Of a stretch of 64,000 nucleotides of DNA, positions 63,101 to 64,000 are shown one piece after another. The translations under genes were made by a program, and so were the position numbers. Location: positions 138,401 to 202,400 of the forward strand of contig CAZOYE010000001.1 in assembly GCA_964584025.1 (NCBI GenBank), read 5' to 3'. Position 1 is the stretch's first letter. Each line of letters starts with the position of its first letter. Source of the stretch: an uncultured Ignavibacteria bacterium (GTDB lineage: Bacteria > Zixibacteria > MSB-5A5 > CAIYYT01). The notes under the pieces are model-generated. The model was not told where the DNA came from and searched no databases. It saw nothing but the letters and a program-made list of their open reading frames with translations.

Positions 63101-64000
63101 TACCGCTGCGCTAATGATCGAATTCTTCCTGACCGAGGACTGCGATTCGAGCAAGTACGGCGAGGGCGATACGTTCCTCGACTCGTTACCGGTGTTCGTC
63201 GTGTTTGGGCGCGCCGATTTCAGTCACACCTTTGCGCAGGAGTTTGATTCAACGCGCAAATTGACGATGACGGCGACCAACGCGCGGGGATCGACATCCG
63301 AGTATTCCGGCTGCTGGCCGGCGAAGGTGCTGGAGCTCGTTGATGATTACAGTGAGTACATCCCGGAACGGTCGTTTGAGTTTACCAAGATGCAGCACGA
63401 CATTCCGGTCCTGACAGAAACGCCGCTCGGGGAGTACAGCAGCGATAACCAGGGCCTGATCTACCTGGGACAGGAGTTTGTTGACGAGGTTGACTCGCTG
63501 AAGATCAGCAAGTTGCAGTGGGAGCAAACCAGCCCAAAACGGCCGACGATTCTCCCCGTTGCCTACCGCGTCTGGCTGGACAACGGAAAATTCGACAGTT
63601 CCAACAGCGATCTGTACTTCACCGAATTGGATTCCAACTACCATCAGCGGGTGGAGCTGAACCACACGACGATCAAGTTCAACCTGTTGACCTCGATCGA
63701 ATGGGATGTTTCGCGGGCCTATGTTGATTCGCTCAAGCAGATGTTCCGCTATGCAGCGAATTTCCTGTACGATATCGGTGACGGCCAATTGGCACTGGAT
63801 TCAGTAATGATTGTGGACGAGAAGCTGGCCTGGAATTCCTGCGATATCCGTCTGCGTGCGAGCAATGACCAGTGGCCGGAAGCTTACACCAAAGGCCTGT
63901 TGAGCGCGGAGCCGATCAAGGCTCTCTACATGCCGCGCGAGCACGGCGGCACCCGGGAGACAAACAGGCTTCTCTCGGCAATCAACAACCCGCCGCAGCC
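60183..64000 (+). CDS. Giant secreted right-handed parallel beta-helix (PbH1) repeat protein, more than 1272 aa, 3' end off the window
   Basis: My own translation from GTG 60183 (GGAGG 8 nt upstream): VFRETLHRAFPRLQALAVIALLAITTAAG (signal/anchor). It continues LHSPATLRSAVQNANLTPEVDEIQF, followed by dozens of units such as N.I.GN...G..GNGG.GI. and a QNFPII motif. There is no stop in this frame to the window end, so it is absent from the ORF track. The many minus-strand ORFs at 60.9-63.8 kb are shadows. Confidence 0.8.
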   Translation, partial: MFRETLHRAFPRLQALAVIALLAITTAAGRAIDELPAASDDFELPEGTRLEIRDPGTGVTLREYQSGVTGAQQDARESQAHRWWTREAIVAARVRRAERHEYFLQTTARLQRGLATQEVYDRLRRDSEHLLKRSPQTVFTVTESGDMPDTNLLDGLHSPATLRSAVQNANLTPEVDEIQFAVSSVLISSLYGAIVANTPVMIDGDLGGGAKAEIIGEVVGSMPTGLWFQNGGSVIRNLEMHSGNNSAIALLANGGNANVVQGCEIHNWEGPGINFNFSSNNLIGGLGLGEGNTIFNLTGTGGNGISMILTSNNNVIVGNYIGTSDGTTAAPNSRSGVFSESSFNRIANNLVSGNDWYGVYQSYGSDTARANVVELNLIGTTDNGLGALGNGGTSGYGGVQSSFRNSQDTVRNNVCSGNSGYGIGTGSVEVVIEDNIVGLDIDGTAALPNGYGGISHSRSGVIRRNLVAGNTGAGIALGGNCRVIGNVIGADDPAKSTVGNSGVGVNASGNGATIGGPEPGERNIVSGNLGGGIRIVGATVKNVVVQDNFVGVDSLGNSAIPNGGFGIGIINGPDSNRIARNVVAGNAGHGIQVGGFANATTTFWAEGNLVYANLVGVGADGTTALGNGGHGINSFLSRGNEIGRADSGNVIVASDSSGIVLWNARQNFIYGNHVGTLVAGVAGYGNAGHGLLFVDADQNDLGGVATLRNVIVDNDSCGLAMYSSAANVLVGNLVGVNEALEARGNGLQGILLVDSDSNAIGGSGSVAGNSIAGHDSAGIALYGTSRENTIVANSIGVVADTLQPPLGNRIGILIEGGKLNHVGTEAAEIQNVIVGNLEAGVLIAADSNFARNNYIALTIDDGTDPNGAGDGILIAGFDNRIGGAYPEATNTIINNTGTGIWVEYGEGNTIRGNLIHDNGRLGIDLIPSPGVTKNDSGDVDTGANELQNFPIIDSARVFNQQTTVFGHVESTDDTAALMIEFFLTEDCDSSKYGEGDTFLDSLPVFVVFGRADFSHTFAQEFDSTRKLTMTATNARGSTSEYSGCWPAKVLELVDDYSEYIPERSFEFTKMQHDIPVLTETPLGEYSSDNQGLIYLGQEFVDEVDSLKISKLQWEQTSPKRPTILPVAYRVWLDNGKFDSSNSDLYFTELDSNYHQRVELNHTTIKFNLLTSIEWDVSRAYVDSLKQMFRYAANFLYDIGDGQLALDSVMIVDEKLAWNSCDIRLRASNDQWPEAYTKGLLSAEPIKALYMPREHGGTRETNRLLSAINNPPQ

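Overview
This is a 64-kb chromosomal segment from a moderately GC-rich bacterium. My spot counts of single 60-nt lines gave 53-60% G+C in core genes. The standard genetic code applies, since TGA, TAA and TAG all end well-supported genes. All family calls come from reading motifs by eye; no database search was possible. I support about 50 protein genes, one tRNA-Asn, several rho-independent terminators and a few sigma-70-like promoters. I found no rRNA, CRISPR array, integrase, transposase or prophage.

Core content:
- A complete, translationally coupled nine-gene haem operon, hemA-C-D-B-L-E-N-H-Y (14.7-24.6 kb, minus strand).
- A fused aconitase-family enzyme and a pdaD plus deoxyhypusine-synthase-like polyamine pair.
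- pepP-like peptidase, accB, pilT, mscL, nadE, a ppiD-like chaperone, and DinB and EamA family genes.

Regulators:
- A LytS/LytTR two-component pair.
- An ECF sigma/anti-sigma pair.
- A histidine kinase with a sigma-54-dependent (NtrC-type) response regulator.

The window is unusually rich in secreted or surface proteins. These include FG-GAP/UnbV with TSP3 repeats, an M28 peptidase, a triple-DUF4397 protein with a T9SS-type C-terminal domain, fasciclin, a decapeptide-repeat fibre-like protein, an NHL propeller and a giant beta-helix protein.

The 47.1-58.1 kb stretch looks accessory. It is visibly more A+T-rich (33-47% in my spot counts), has orphan genes, and ends in a cluster of MITE/REP-like repeats.

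Most interesting observations:
1. A cysteine-braced twin dockerin-like module serves as a shared C-terminal tag on five unrelated secreted proteins, with no cohesin-like partner in view.
2. An A+T-rich orphan two-gene islet encodes a 4-TM membrane protein and a helical soluble protein (47.4-49.3 kb).
3. A G13 homopolymer sits in the spacer of a TTGACA/TATCTT promoter in front of an A+T-rich surface-protein operon. The first gene of that operon encodes an archaemetzincin-like lipoprotein.
4. A small membrane-protein gene is interrupted by one in-frame TGA followed by a hairpin.
5. nadE has its conserved N-terminus upstream of any canonical start, with ACG exactly where ATG is expected.
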